From the IMG/VR virus record IMGVR_UViG_3300035515_000158: a stretch of DNA of 64,000 bases; one strand, given 5' to 3'. Shown here one piece after another: positions 56,291-64,000 of this stretch (the stretch's first letter is position 1; the number at the start of each line of letters is the position of its first letter). The DNA comes from a virus (Duplodnaviria > Heunggongvirae > Uroviricota > Caudoviricetes). The notes below the pieces were generated by a model. That model saw nothing but the letters and a program-made list of their open reading frames with translations, was not told the origin of the DNA and ran no database searches. The translations under genes and the position numbers were made by a program.

Positions 56291-56526
56291 CCACCTATGA
56301 CCTCCGGAGAATCATCCCTATTACCAAACAGGGCAAGGACAGACAAGTGACCATTGTTTTGGTACAATGGAGAAAACCCGTACAAGGCTACCAATTAGGC
56401 GGCGGCGTACATGACCTTTTCGGGTCGTGAAAAATTGTTGCCAGTTAAATTGGCCATAGACTTCTCCTTCATTCCTACTCATATGCCATCAATACCAGTC
56501 ATCCCCTTATATTTGATTTTACTTTG

Positions 56527-56591
56527 TGGAGATGGTGGGGATCGAACCCACGTCTAACATACTTTCTTAATATTATCAACAAAATCTACAG
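56527..56591 (-). pseudogene. tRNA remnant: intact T-arm GUGGG-UUCGAUC-CCCAC and 3' acceptor half, no complementary 5' half
   Basis: Hand folding fails for the acceptor stem. Confidence 0.35.
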
Positions 56592-56665
56592 TGGTCCGGA
56601 TAGGGCTTGAACCTATGACCTTCTGATTATGAGTCAGCTGCTCTAACCAACTGAGCTACGGGACC
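56592..56665 (-). tRNA. tRNA with CAU anticodon (Met or lysidine-Ile); one C-C mismatch at 6:67
   Basis: Anticodon loop CUCAUAA; D-arm GCUC-AGUUGGUUA-GAGC. Confidence 0.65.
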
Positions 56666-56828
56666 GAAATACAAAGTTCAATAATGGATATGATCTATAA
56701 TGAATTGCAACAAAATTGCGGTATGAACTTTTATATATTTAATGAAAATAAACAGACGAATTTATCAAGATACTATCACTCTATGGCAGAGGGATTATCG
56801 CGGTCTGTATCTTTATTTAAGTTTCAAC

Positions 56829-56844
56829 AAATTAAATATAACAA
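56829..56844 (-). promoter_or_regulatory. class-2 motif variant
   Basis: AAATTAAATATAACAA. Confidence 0.4.
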
Positions 56845-56859
56845 AATGATTTCAATTTT

Positions 56860-57318
56860 CTACTGTTTTGTCAATTTTTCTTTGACTATTTGAGAAACCA
56901 TTGCACCATCAACTTGACCTGTATAAGTTTTGTTGATATATCCCATGACTTTTCCCATACCTGACATATCCGTTACTGAAAAATCTGAAATAACTTGTTC
57001 AACGATTTTTTCAACTTCATCTACTGTCAACATTTTAGGGAGATATTCACTAAGGACACGATATTCTCTGATTTCCTTATCTGCTAATTCAGGTCTATGA
57101 TTAACTCGATAAATTTCACAAGTTTCCAGACGGGACTTAGCTAACTTTTGAATAATCTTAATAATGTCTTTATCATCAGGATTTTTATTTCCATTCTTAG
57201 CTGTTTTCAATTCCATGATAGATGTTTTGATATTACGAATTGTATCTGCTCGTAATTCATCTCTGGATTTGATAGCTTCCATTAAATCCTTTTGAAGTTT
57301 TTCTTCAAGAGTGTTCAT
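56860..57318 (-). CDS. GatB/YqeY-domain protein (152 aa)
   Basis: LKDLMEAIKSRDELRADTIRNIKTSIMELK is typical of the YqeY family. Confidence 0.7.
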   Translation of the reverse strand: MNTLEEKLQKDLMEAIKSRDELRADTIRNIKTSIMELKTAKNGNKNPDDKDIIKIIQKLAKSRLETCEIYRVNHRPELADKEIREYRVLSEYLPKMLTVDEVEKIVEQVISDFSVTDMSGMGKVMGYINKTYTGQVDGAMVSQIVKEKLTKQ

Positions 57319-57338
57319 TTGTAAAAATTTTTAGTTAG

Positions 57339-57412
57339 TTGGACTGATGGGATTTGAACCCATGACCCCTACATTATCAGTGTAGTGCTCTGACCAACTG
57401 AGCTACAGTCCA
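57339..57412 (-). tRNA. tRNA-Ile(GAU)
   Basis: Anticodon stem-loop CUACA-CUGAUAA-UGUAG. Confidence 0.8.
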
Positions 57413-57590
57413 AGAATAAACAAGATGTGGATGTTCTTCCTATTTTTATTCAGTGGTGGAAATCCAAGCAACCCACTTTTCTCATATACCGAAGTGATAT
57501 GAGCATTGTATAATTAATGATTGTCGAGAAGTTATTGCAGTTACCACATCTTTATGTAAAACAAAACAATAAACAAAAAACAATATGTTG

Positions 57591-57664
57591 TGATCCGGAT
57601 GAGATTCGAACTCATGACCCACAGTTTAGAAGACTGTTGCTCTATCCAACTGAGCTACCGGACC
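57591..57664 (-). tRNA. tRNA-Arg(UCU)
   Basis: Anticodon stem-loop ACAGU-CUUCUAA-ACUGU. Confidence 0.8.
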
Positions 57665-57738
57665 AATATTTACAAGGTTCATTTTCTGATCAAAATTCAT
57701 AAAAGTAAATCTTGCGGTGAGAACCTTTAAATTAAACT

Positions 57739-57756
57739 TACATATTAAATATAACA
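57739..57756 (-). promoter_or_regulatory. class-2 conserved motif, 75 nt upstream of tRNA-Arg
   Basis: Exact 18-mer copy. Confidence 0.5.
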
Positions 57757-57757
57757 A

Positions 57758-58213
57758 CTATTCTTCATTTTTACCTCTTTTTCCTAAATTTATTTCGTAA
57801 TATTTTATCTGATTTGCGAGTTCAGGGCCAAATACAACTTCTTTTGTTGAGGTATGTTCAGCCCAATCTTCGGGATGGTCTTCTCCGCCAAAAATGAAAT
57901 ACTTCTCACTTATTACAGAGAGTGCATCTTCGAGGATTTCAGATATAAGTTGTCTTGATAAATCTGTTCCATTAAAGAAAGCTATGACTTCTTTAAGGAT
58001 ACCTTTTTCTCTCAGATTAACATCAACATATGACGCACCCCGATAGACCTTAAATAATTTTTCACCCGTTTCAGGATTGTATTTATGTAGGTCTCTAACT
58101 GCGATATATGGTTTGTTGTACTTATAGTTATCCAGAATAAACTGAATTACATCATTGACAGCTAACCAATATAAATCAGCGTCATTTCTTATTTCGGCTT
58201 GGTAATATTTCAT
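57758..58213 (-). CDS. hypothetical protein (probable start MKYYQAEI; the listed N-terminal extension overlaps a 44-aa hydrophobic ORF at 58211..58344)
   Basis: ATGA stop/start overlap with the upstream small ORF. Confidence 0.45.
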   Translation of the reverse strand: MKYYQAEIRNDADLYWLAVNDVIQFILDNYKYNKPYIAVRDLHKYNPETGEKLFKVYRGASYVDVNLREKGILKEVIAFFNGTDLSRQLISEILEDALSVISEKYFIFGGEDHPEDWAEHTSTKEVVFGPELANQIKYYEINLGKRGKNEE

Positions 58214-58344
58214 TTTATATATTTCATTACTCCCCAGACAAAAATAAGGATACCTGCAAGAACCGGAAGTCCACCAAGACATTCGGGTGTGTAACCATTA
58301 AATGAGGCGAGGATAAGGATGATACCGAGAATTATTCTTTTCAT
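58211..58344 (-). CDS. small hydrophobic protein (44 aa, MKRIILGIILILASFNGYTPECLGGLPVLAGILIFVWGV...)
   Basis: Unlisted ORF downstream of the class-1 promoter at 58383. Confidence 0.3.
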
Positions 58345-58382
58345 AACTTTGTTTTTTTAATTTGTTTGACTTGTTTTTTAAT

Positions 58383-58441
58383 TACACTACAAAGTTACAG
58401 GTTTTTCTTGACATAACCAAATTTTAAATGTTAATTATTTG
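58383..58441 (-). promoter_or_regulatory. class-1 promoter element
   Basis: -7 at 58390-58397; -33 at 58418-58421. Confidence 0.6.
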
Positions 58442-59278
58442 TTAATTTTTTGATGATGATAGTATTTGTTTCTCTATCAGTTTATATGACCTAAAAAACA
58501 TATATGGGAGGATATTCAAATCAGAAAAACCATATGTTCCGCACGAAAAAAAATCGTGAACTTCAATAGGAACAGTGGATTCGTCTTTCAATACCGCAAC
58601 ATCCAAAGTATATTCTCTGAGATAGGGGATATATGCTGACAATACATCTATCATTTCTTTGATTATATTGACATCAGGGAATACAGTAAAATCACCTGAG
58701 TAGTTTTGAAGTCCACTTAGTTTTTGATTATGGATAAAACAACGATACTCAGATACTATTTCTTTATCACCTATCAGTAACTCGCTAATTTGGACAGTAT
58801 ATTTATTATCGAAGTAATCTCTAATCTCATAGTCATAGTTTTTACCATTTGATTCGTCTTTAATGAAATGGTTAGACTTCGCGAATAGAGGTTTTTTATT
58901 ATATACTGAACTGGGATAGACATTTTTAACCACTCTCTTAGCATAGTTGAACAAACATTCTGGGAGGTTTCTTGGTTGAATATTTACATCTACATCGAGT
59001 TTAACATATTCAGACATATATTTTTTAAGGAATAATGTGACAAACTCGACGGAACCAATAGGGATAACTCGTTCGATATCACATTTACAAGTTAGTATAT
59101 CCAATTCATTCAGTTCATCAAATGTACAGAAAGTTGTTCCCATTGAATCTGGAACACGCCAATTTTGATATTTCACAGCATTGACAAGTTCCAGTTCAAA
59201 GTCATATATCACCTGATTAGTTTCCGGAGATACTTGACATAAAAACAATATGAAATCACTCTTTTTCTCCATGATCAA
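58442..59278 (-). CDS. hypothetical protein (278 aa)
   Basis: Minus-strand ORF. Confidence 0.5.
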   Translation of the reverse strand: MIMEKKSDFILFLCQVSPETNQVIYDFELELVNAVKYQNWRVPDSMGTTFCTFDELNELDILTCKCDIERVIPIGSVEFVTLFLKKYMSEYVKLDVDVNIQPRNLPECLFNYAKRVVKNVYPSSVYNKKPLFAKSNHFIKDESNGKNYDYEIRDYFDNKYTVQISELLIGDKEIVSEYRCFIHNQKLSGLQNYSGDFTVFPDVNIIKEMIDVLSAYIPYLREYTLDVAVLKDESTVPIEVHDFFSCGTYGFSDLNILPYMFFRSYKLIEKQILSSSKN

Positions 59279-59816
59279 GTTTCTGCATGAATTTAATTAG
59301 TTTTTCTTTGGCTACTTTACAATGGTCATAGTCATAAAACATATTTCCCATAAATTCCCTGACTGCATCTTTCTTTACATCTCTACCAAATTTTTCCATA
59401 TGAATTCCACCATCAGATGAAATAAAGTAGTAGTATGATATGGGAATGATTTCATACTTTTTATATTCTCGTTTATTTAGTTTATTGATGGTAAAAGATT
59501 CATTAGGTTCTCTTTGGTTTTTCCACCTTACAATGAGTTTATTTGGTTCATCAGACACGATAACACCATCATTTAGAATATCTTTACCATTATATCTAAC
59601 AGTAATAAATTGTCCCTCTTTGTATTCAGGTATCCAAGGTGAGACTAACTTAAAATAGTCCTTATTACTAAAATCCAGACAAGGGGGAAGTTCAATACCA
59701 CCATTTGTAGTATTAACTATGCCATCATTTGAGAACACTATTTTATCACCTGTTTTTATTTTTAGAGAAGGGATAGGTGCAATCGCTTCATATGTCTTGT
59801 ATTCTATATCTTCCAT
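59256..59816 (-). CDS. hypothetical protein (186 aa)
   Basis: Minus-strand ORF. Confidence 0.5.
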   Translation of the reverse strand: MEDIEYKTYEAIAPIPSLKIKTGDKIVFSNDGIVNTTNGGIELPPCLDFSNKDYFKLVSPWIPEYKEGQFITVRYNGKDILNDGVIVSDEPNKLIVRWKNQREPNESFTINKLNKREYKKYEIIPISYYYFISSDGGIHMEKFGRDVKKDAVREFMGNMFYDYDHCKVAKEKLIKFMQKLDHGEKE

Positions 59817-61708
59817 TAATCTTCGTATAATTTAATTTCAACATTATTTTTCTTAGCTTTCATCATTTTACTTGATGAACCTTCCAAGTCATTAGTGAAC
59901 AAAATCTTAACCTCTTTCCATGATGTTGTTTCTACATATTGAGGATGAGCATGCAACCACAATTTCTTGGTCTTATATGATGTATTACTGGGTTCACCTG
60001 TCATGATAATAGGAATTTTATTTTCCTTTGTTTCAGTTAGATATGGGACATTAAATCTTTTCATATATACCTTAACATCATCCAATCTCACGTCATATAG
60101 AATAATATCAACAATAGAATTTGGGATACCATCATAAGATACATCAATTCCTGACAATTTCTTAGCTAACCAAAGTGAGTTCTTCGGACCACAGTTATCA
60201 AAACCAAGTGATTCTATTATCTCATTCATAGTTAATTTTGTTCGACGTTCTTTCAGTCCACTGATTATATTGGAGGTGGATTTACTTTGACCTAATTCCT
60301 GTTCAATAAGATTAAGTGATTCATCATCCATTAGTTGAATAATGTTATCAGTGTTCTTAATCTCAAACAATTTAGAAGCTACCTTTTCACCAATACCATC
60401 AATTTTCAAGACCTTTACTGAATTGATAAACTTAATATATAGTTCATCTTGGTCTGTCATTTCTTTCATCAGATGTTCACAACCGGACTTTTCATCAGTT
60501 TTAATCCATGTACCACTTTTAGGTAGGTCATATTCATCAGAGTGTGTCAATATCTCATAACAGAAGGGAATAATATCACCAGCTAATGAAATACGGATAG
60601 ATGAACCAATACCAACATGATTACTTTTTAAATATTCAAGATTATGAAGGGATACTCGATTTACTTTTTTACCTCCAAGTATAACATCTTCACAAATACC
60701 AACAGGATAATACTCACCAGTTTTACCTACATTCCATTCGATAGATTTAACTTTGGTTTCAACAATTTCCGGTTTGAATTTTATAGCCACACAATCTTCT
60801 TGACGAGCACGAGTATAATCACCTAAACGATTTTGACAGTTAGGTTTAATGACAAATCCATCGAGAGGCCACTGAGTCCTTTCTCTAAAATCATCATAAT
60901 AATCATATATCTCATCAAAGTCATTTAAGTCATCATAACCAAAATTCATCGGACTTACTTGTTCACCCGGTGTAAATTGAGTTTGATAAGGTACTTCCAT
61001 GATAAGACCATCAGAATATACTTCACGAAAATCATAACATACCCAAGATAAGTCATTCCTCATCTCTATCTGTTCAGGAGTTCCTTCCCAATCCTGTCCA
61101 AGTAAACCAGCGACAAAACTACGGGGCATGGTGAACTTGTCTGAATATTTTTCCTCAAACAAGCTTTTCATGATTAAACATTCTCCACGAACAACGAAAT
61201 ATTCTGGAAGTAGATTATACTCATCATCATTAACACAAGTATCAATCCACTCATATACACCATCAATAAAGTTTCGTTTCCATTCCTGTTCAAACCACAC
61301 TTTAATGTCTTTACCATATTCACCATCACCACGAGTAGAAACAGACACCAGTTTACCTTTATTATCTATGACTACCTCAAATGAACATCCATCAAGTTTA
61401 GGTGTTGTTTGAAATCCCCAAGAAGATGACTTGACATTTTTAGATTTGTCCAGATACTTCTTCACTTCATCAGCATACTTCTTAAAGTCCACCTTTCCAT
61501 TTTCATCTTCTTTAATCTGAATTTTGGAAAGTGAACCCATGATGAAAGGATGTTTTACTGTGTATGACTTTTGGTGATGTGTACCAATATAACCTTTGTT
61601 TTCCAAGTTGAGTTGAGACTCTAACCTGTCAAACTCCAAGTCAGTCATAATGGGTTCTCCATTATAGTAGGCCTCCTTCGCCTCATCATATAATTCTTTA
61701 TCTGTCAT
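59816..61708 (-). CDS. ligA: NAD-dependent DNA ligase (630 aa)
   Basis: N-terminal EPIMTDLEFDRLESQL; adenylation motif KLDGCSFEV (KxDG). Confidence 0.85.
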   Translation of the reverse strand: MTDKELYDEAKEAYYNGEPIMTDLEFDRLESQLNLENKGYIGTHHQKSYTVKHPFIMGSLSKIQIKEDENGKVDFKKYADEVKKYLDKSKNVKSSSWGFQTTPKLDGCSFEVVIDNKGKLVSVSTRGDGEYGKDIKVWFEQEWKRNFIDGVYEWIDTCVNDDEYNLLPEYFVVRGECLIMKSLFEEKYSDKFTMPRSFVAGLLGQDWEGTPEQIEMRNDLSWVCYDFREVYSDGLIMEVPYQTQFTPGEQVSPMNFGYDDLNDFDEIYDYYDDFRERTQWPLDGFVIKPNCQNRLGDYTRARQEDCVAIKFKPEIVETKVKSIEWNVGKTGEYYPVGICEDVILGGKKVNRVSLHNLEYLKSNHVGIGSSIRISLAGDIIPFCYEILTHSDEYDLPKSGTWIKTDEKSGCEHLMKEMTDQDELYIKFINSVKVLKIDGIGEKVASKLFEIKNTDNIIQLMDDESLNLIEQELGQSKSTSNIISGLKERRTKLTMNEIIESLGFDNCGPKNSLWLAKKLSGIDVSYDGIPNSIVDIILYDVRLDDVKVYMKRFNVPYLTETKENKIPIIMTGEPSNTSYKTKKLWLHAHPQYVETTSWKEVKILFTNDLEGSSSKMMKAKKNNVEIKLYED

Positions 61709-61773
61709 AATATAATTTGATTAAAAAAGTAAAAGGAGATACCTTATAAAAGATACCTCCTATATTAATTTAG

Positions 61774-61856
61774 TACCAGCACTGGGACTCGAACCCAGAC
61801 AGCACAATTGCCAAGGGATTTTAAGTCCCTCGTGTCTACCATTCCACCATGCTGGC
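61774..61856 (-). tRNA. tRNA-Leu(UAA), class II
   Basis: Anticodon stem-loop AGGGA-CUUAAAA-UCCCU; variable hairpin GCA-AUUG-UGC. Confidence 0.75.
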
Positions 61857-61878
61857 ATCCTTATATTTATGTAGAAGG

Positions 61879-62349
61879 TTAATTTACCTTTTTGTTTTTA
61901 CCTCTATAATTATCTGTAAGAGCATGACAATTTGGACATAATACTTGTAAATTATCTAATCTATTGTCACTTCGATTACCATTTATGTGGTGTAGTTCTA
62001 ATGGGATTGTTTCATTTTCCCATGTTGTCCTACCACATCTCTCACATTTACAATTTTTTAAACCTTCTCGTATAAGTCTATTTTTTAGTTTATATGAATT
62101 GTAATAACATCCATCAACTAATATTTCAGATAGAGGTTTGGTTTCTATTGGCTTGAATTTTAGTCCAACATTCCAACCTTGTCCTGTAAAATGTGAAATG
62201 TCTAAATTTAACTCTTTTATCTTTTTAGTCACAGTTTCATAATTACCACCAGCAGGAATTAAACCCAATGTTTTGATAACACCTGCAATAGAATTATTTT
62301 CAGTGACTGCTTTGACAAATTGTTCATCAGTCCATTTCTTTTTAGACAT
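61879..62349 (-). CDS. HNH endonuclease (156 aa)
   Basis: CERCGR ... HHINGN ... CPNCHALT. Confidence 0.7.
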   Translation of the reverse strand: MSKKKWTDEQFVKAVTENNSIAGVIKTLGLIPAGGNYETVTKKIKELNLDISHFTGQGWNVGLKFKPIETKPLSEILVDGCYYNSYKLKNRLIREGLKNCKCERCGRTTWENETIPLELHHINGNRSDNRLDNLQVLCPNCHALTDNYRGKNKKVN

Positions 62350-62363
62350 ATCTGAATTAAACT

Positions 62364-62381
62364 ACATATTAAATATAACAA
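62364..62381 (-). promoter_or_regulatory. class-2 conserved motif, 15 nt upstream of the HNH start
   Basis: Exact 18-mer copy. Confidence 0.5.
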
Positions 62382-62392
62382 AAATACTTAGA

Positions 62393-63811
62393 TTATTTGG
62401 ATTTCTTCATCTTTTTTTCATTTTTTACTTGTTTCAAAAGACTGGGAAGTTGTCTATAACATTCAGTTTCTGTTATCGTCGGTCGTGCGAAAGCTTGTTT
62501 TAATAGTTTATCCTTAATCTCCTGAACTTCTTTACATGGTTCTAACTCCAAACTATACATGATATCATCTCCACTAATAGGTAATTTATATCCAAACATA
62601 GGATTATTAATATGTTTCATGAAGTAATCGAATTGACCTGTTACATTGTGTTCAGGAGCATGGGACATATTATCACATTCGATAAGTTTACACAGTCTGA
62701 TATACATTTCGGTCGTACCACATTCATAAACTAACTTATTAAATGACTTTTCTTTCATCTTACAACAGTCATTTCCAAAGTTCTTAGTTCTCATGTGATT
62801 TCTTACCAACCAAGATACTTTTTTGACAGTTTTATTATCAAATTTGAGGTTGTATAACATTTTCTGGGCATACTTTACGGAATAAACCTCATGTTCATAA
62901 AAATGTACTTTATTATCTTTACGAATTTGGGTTTCAATTTTTCCATAATCATGACAAATACAAGCCAACGCATTGATTAGGTCAGGTTCATAATGGTTCT
63001 GGTAGTATTCAAGAACGGCCATTGTGTGTTCATAAACGTCACCAAAATGATATTCGTTTTGTTCCATACCCATCATGTGTCTAAATGTGTTATCGACGAA
63101 ATCCATTACTTTGGTTTCACATAAAGTTCTAACACCATAGACAGGATTTTTTGACACGAGGATTTTAGAGAACTCATCACGTATTCTCTCTCTTGAAATG
63201 ATATTAAGACCATATCTATTTTCGATTAGACCTTCATATGTTTTCTTATCAATATCAAAACCAAGGACAGTGGCCATACGAATACATCTCATAATACGAA
63301 GTGGATCATCATTGAAAGTAGTGTTTACATCTTCCAAAGGACATCTAATGATTTTGTTCTTAATGTCATCCAATCCCATCTTAGTTACATCCTTTACTCT
63401 ACCTGTTGACACATTATAATATAGGGCATTGATGGTAAAGTCACGTCTAAATGCATCTGTTTTTAGGGAAGCATACTTAGTGACAGGGTTTCGACTACCT
63501 TTACTGTATTTCTCAGCACGAGTCATCACACATTCAATTTCCTCATCCGGATACTTATAGAACTTAAACATTGCGGTTCCATAGGTTTCATAGATGACTA
63601 CAGTATGTGTTAGATTGTTGTCCTTACAATACTGAGCGAATTTAGTTCCTCCTTGTGGGAGATTGATAACTAAATCTATATCTTTTATATCCTTACCCAT
63701 CACATAATCTCTCACTGAACCACCTACTGCAAATACATGGTTCTCAAACTCTGTACCTTTAATGATTTCAGAGATGTAAGATGTGATTTCTTTAAATTTT
63801 TCTATTTTCAT
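62393..63811 (-). CDS. cca: tRNA nucleotidyltransferase (CCA-adding enzyme) with an HD domain (472 aa)
   Basis: Head motif VFAVGGSVRDYVMGKDIKDIDLVI (GG-x-VRD ... D-x-D); HD motif ICHDYGK. Confidence 0.85.
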   Translation of the reverse strand: MKIEKFKEITSYISEIIKGTEFENHVFAVGGSVRDYVMGKDIKDIDLVINLPQGGTKFAQYCKDNNLTHTVVIYETYGTAMFKFYKYPDEEIECVMTRAEKYSKGSRNPVTKYASLKTDAFRRDFTINALYYNVSTGRVKDVTKMGLDDIKNKIIRCPLEDVNTTFNDDPLRIMRCIRMATVLGFDIDKKTYEGLIENRYGLNIISRERIRDEFSKILVSKNPVYGVRTLCETKVMDFVDNTFRHMMGMEQNEYHFGDVYEHTMAVLEYYQNHYEPDLINALACICHDYGKIETQIRKDNKVHFYEHEVYSVKYAQKMLYNLKFDNKTVKKVSWLVRNHMRTKNFGNDCCKMKEKSFNKLVYECGTTEMYIRLCKLIECDNMSHAPEHNVTGQFDYFMKHINNPMFGYKLPISGDDIMYSLELEPCKEVQEIKDKLLKQAFARPTITETECYRQLPSLLKQVKNEKKMKKSK

Positions 63812-63825
63812 AACAGCAAAAACTA

Positions 63826-64000
63826 TTATTTAAGGAAGTCTTCTTTTTTATAGTCTAATTTTTCAACAGATATTCCAGCTCGTTCCAGAATATCAAGACC
63901 ATCAGTTATACGGTATTCTTCACAATATACCACACGTTTAATACCTGCTTGGATAATTAGTTTTGAACATTCTATACAAGGACTGGTGGTAACATATAGA
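63826..64000 (-). CDS. dCMP deaminase, C-terminal part (the gene continues past the window end)
   Basis: Translation LYVTTSPCIECSKLIIQAGIKRVVYCEEY contains the zinc-binding PCxxC signature of dCMP/cytidine deaminases. Confidence 0.7.
   Translation of the reverse strand, partial: LYVTTSPCIECSKLIIQAGIKRVVYCEEYRITDGLDILERAGISVEKLDYKKEDFLK

Noticed and set aside
12844-61856. Stop-codon reassignment with suppressor tRNAs, as seen in some Bacteroidota phages
   Set aside because: No tRNA with a CUA, UCA or UUA anticodon was found. The long conserved genes (ligase, helicase, CCA enzyme) read through to ordinary stops with no in-frame TAG or TGA interruptions.
157-62503. All plus-strand ORFs in the supplied track (for example 2947..3138, 15583..15786, 38824..39192, 46715..47441)
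   Set aside because: Each lies entirely within a longer, better-supported minus-strand gene. No class-1 or class-2 promoter motif occurs in plus-strand orientation anywhere in the window.
1-64000. Prophage or integrative element signatures (integrase, attachment sites, excisionase)
   Set aside because: None were seen. The content looks like a lytic-phage replication, tRNA and early region.

Overview
The window is a 64-kb, AT-rich, densely coded stretch of a tailed dsDNA bacteriophage genome with no integrase or attachment site in view. Every credible gene is on the minus strand, so the whole window is transcribed right to left.

Host. A conserved ~70-nt intergenic element recurs 12 times and carries a Bacteroidetes-type housekeeping promoter (-33 TTTG, 20-nt spacer, -7 TAnnTTTG). 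This points to a Bacteroidota host.

Gene content.
- A 5' array of about 20 small ORFan genes, plus a 714-aa protein built from ~70-aa tandem repeats.
- A small tRNA cluster at 12.8-13.6 kb, flanked by duplicated genes and repeated hairpins.
- A sirtuin (SIR2) fusion protein, an OmpA-like outer-membrane protein, and an SPFH/NfeD-like membrane pair.
- Four peptidoglycan-active enzymes: an RlpA-like lytic transglycosylase, an SLT-domain lytic transglycosylase, a GH108 endolysin and a CHAP peptidase.
- A five-member tandem paralog family with an embedded GNAT acetyltransferase.
- A translationally coupled operon: ABC-type ATPase, minimal nucleotidyltransferase, dual-specificity phosphatase, NfeD-like membrane protein, SPFH lipoprotein.
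- A radical-SAM-like Cys-rich protein with a non-canonical cluster motif.
- A replication and nucleotide-metabolism block: Dda/RecD-like helicase, Dam methyltransferase, thymidine kinase, GMP-reductase-like enzyme, NAD-dependent DNA ligase, dCMP deaminase (partial at the window end).
- A very large tRNA array at 48.7-57.7 kb (plus one tRNA at 61.8 kb). I count roughly 27 canonical tRNAs and several degenerate tRNA-like remnants.
- Five HNH endonucleases and one PD-(D/E)xK-like nuclease interleaved with the tRNAs.
- tRNA maturation enzymes: a CCA-adding enzyme, a Thg1-like 3'-5' polymerase and a GatB/YqeY-domain protein.

Non-genic highlights.
- A second conserved intergenic motif class (TTGTTATATTTAATATGT on the minus strand, ~10 copies).
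- Two related degenerate direct-repeat (iteron-like) arrays inside the tRNA island.
- A ~600-bp GC-enriched ORF-free island next to tRNA-Ser.
- A ~700-bp ORF-free region bounded by a strong intrinsic terminator.

Limits. All coordinates and anticodons were derived by eye from the sequence and should be confirmed with tRNAscan-SE/ARAGORN and HMM searches.
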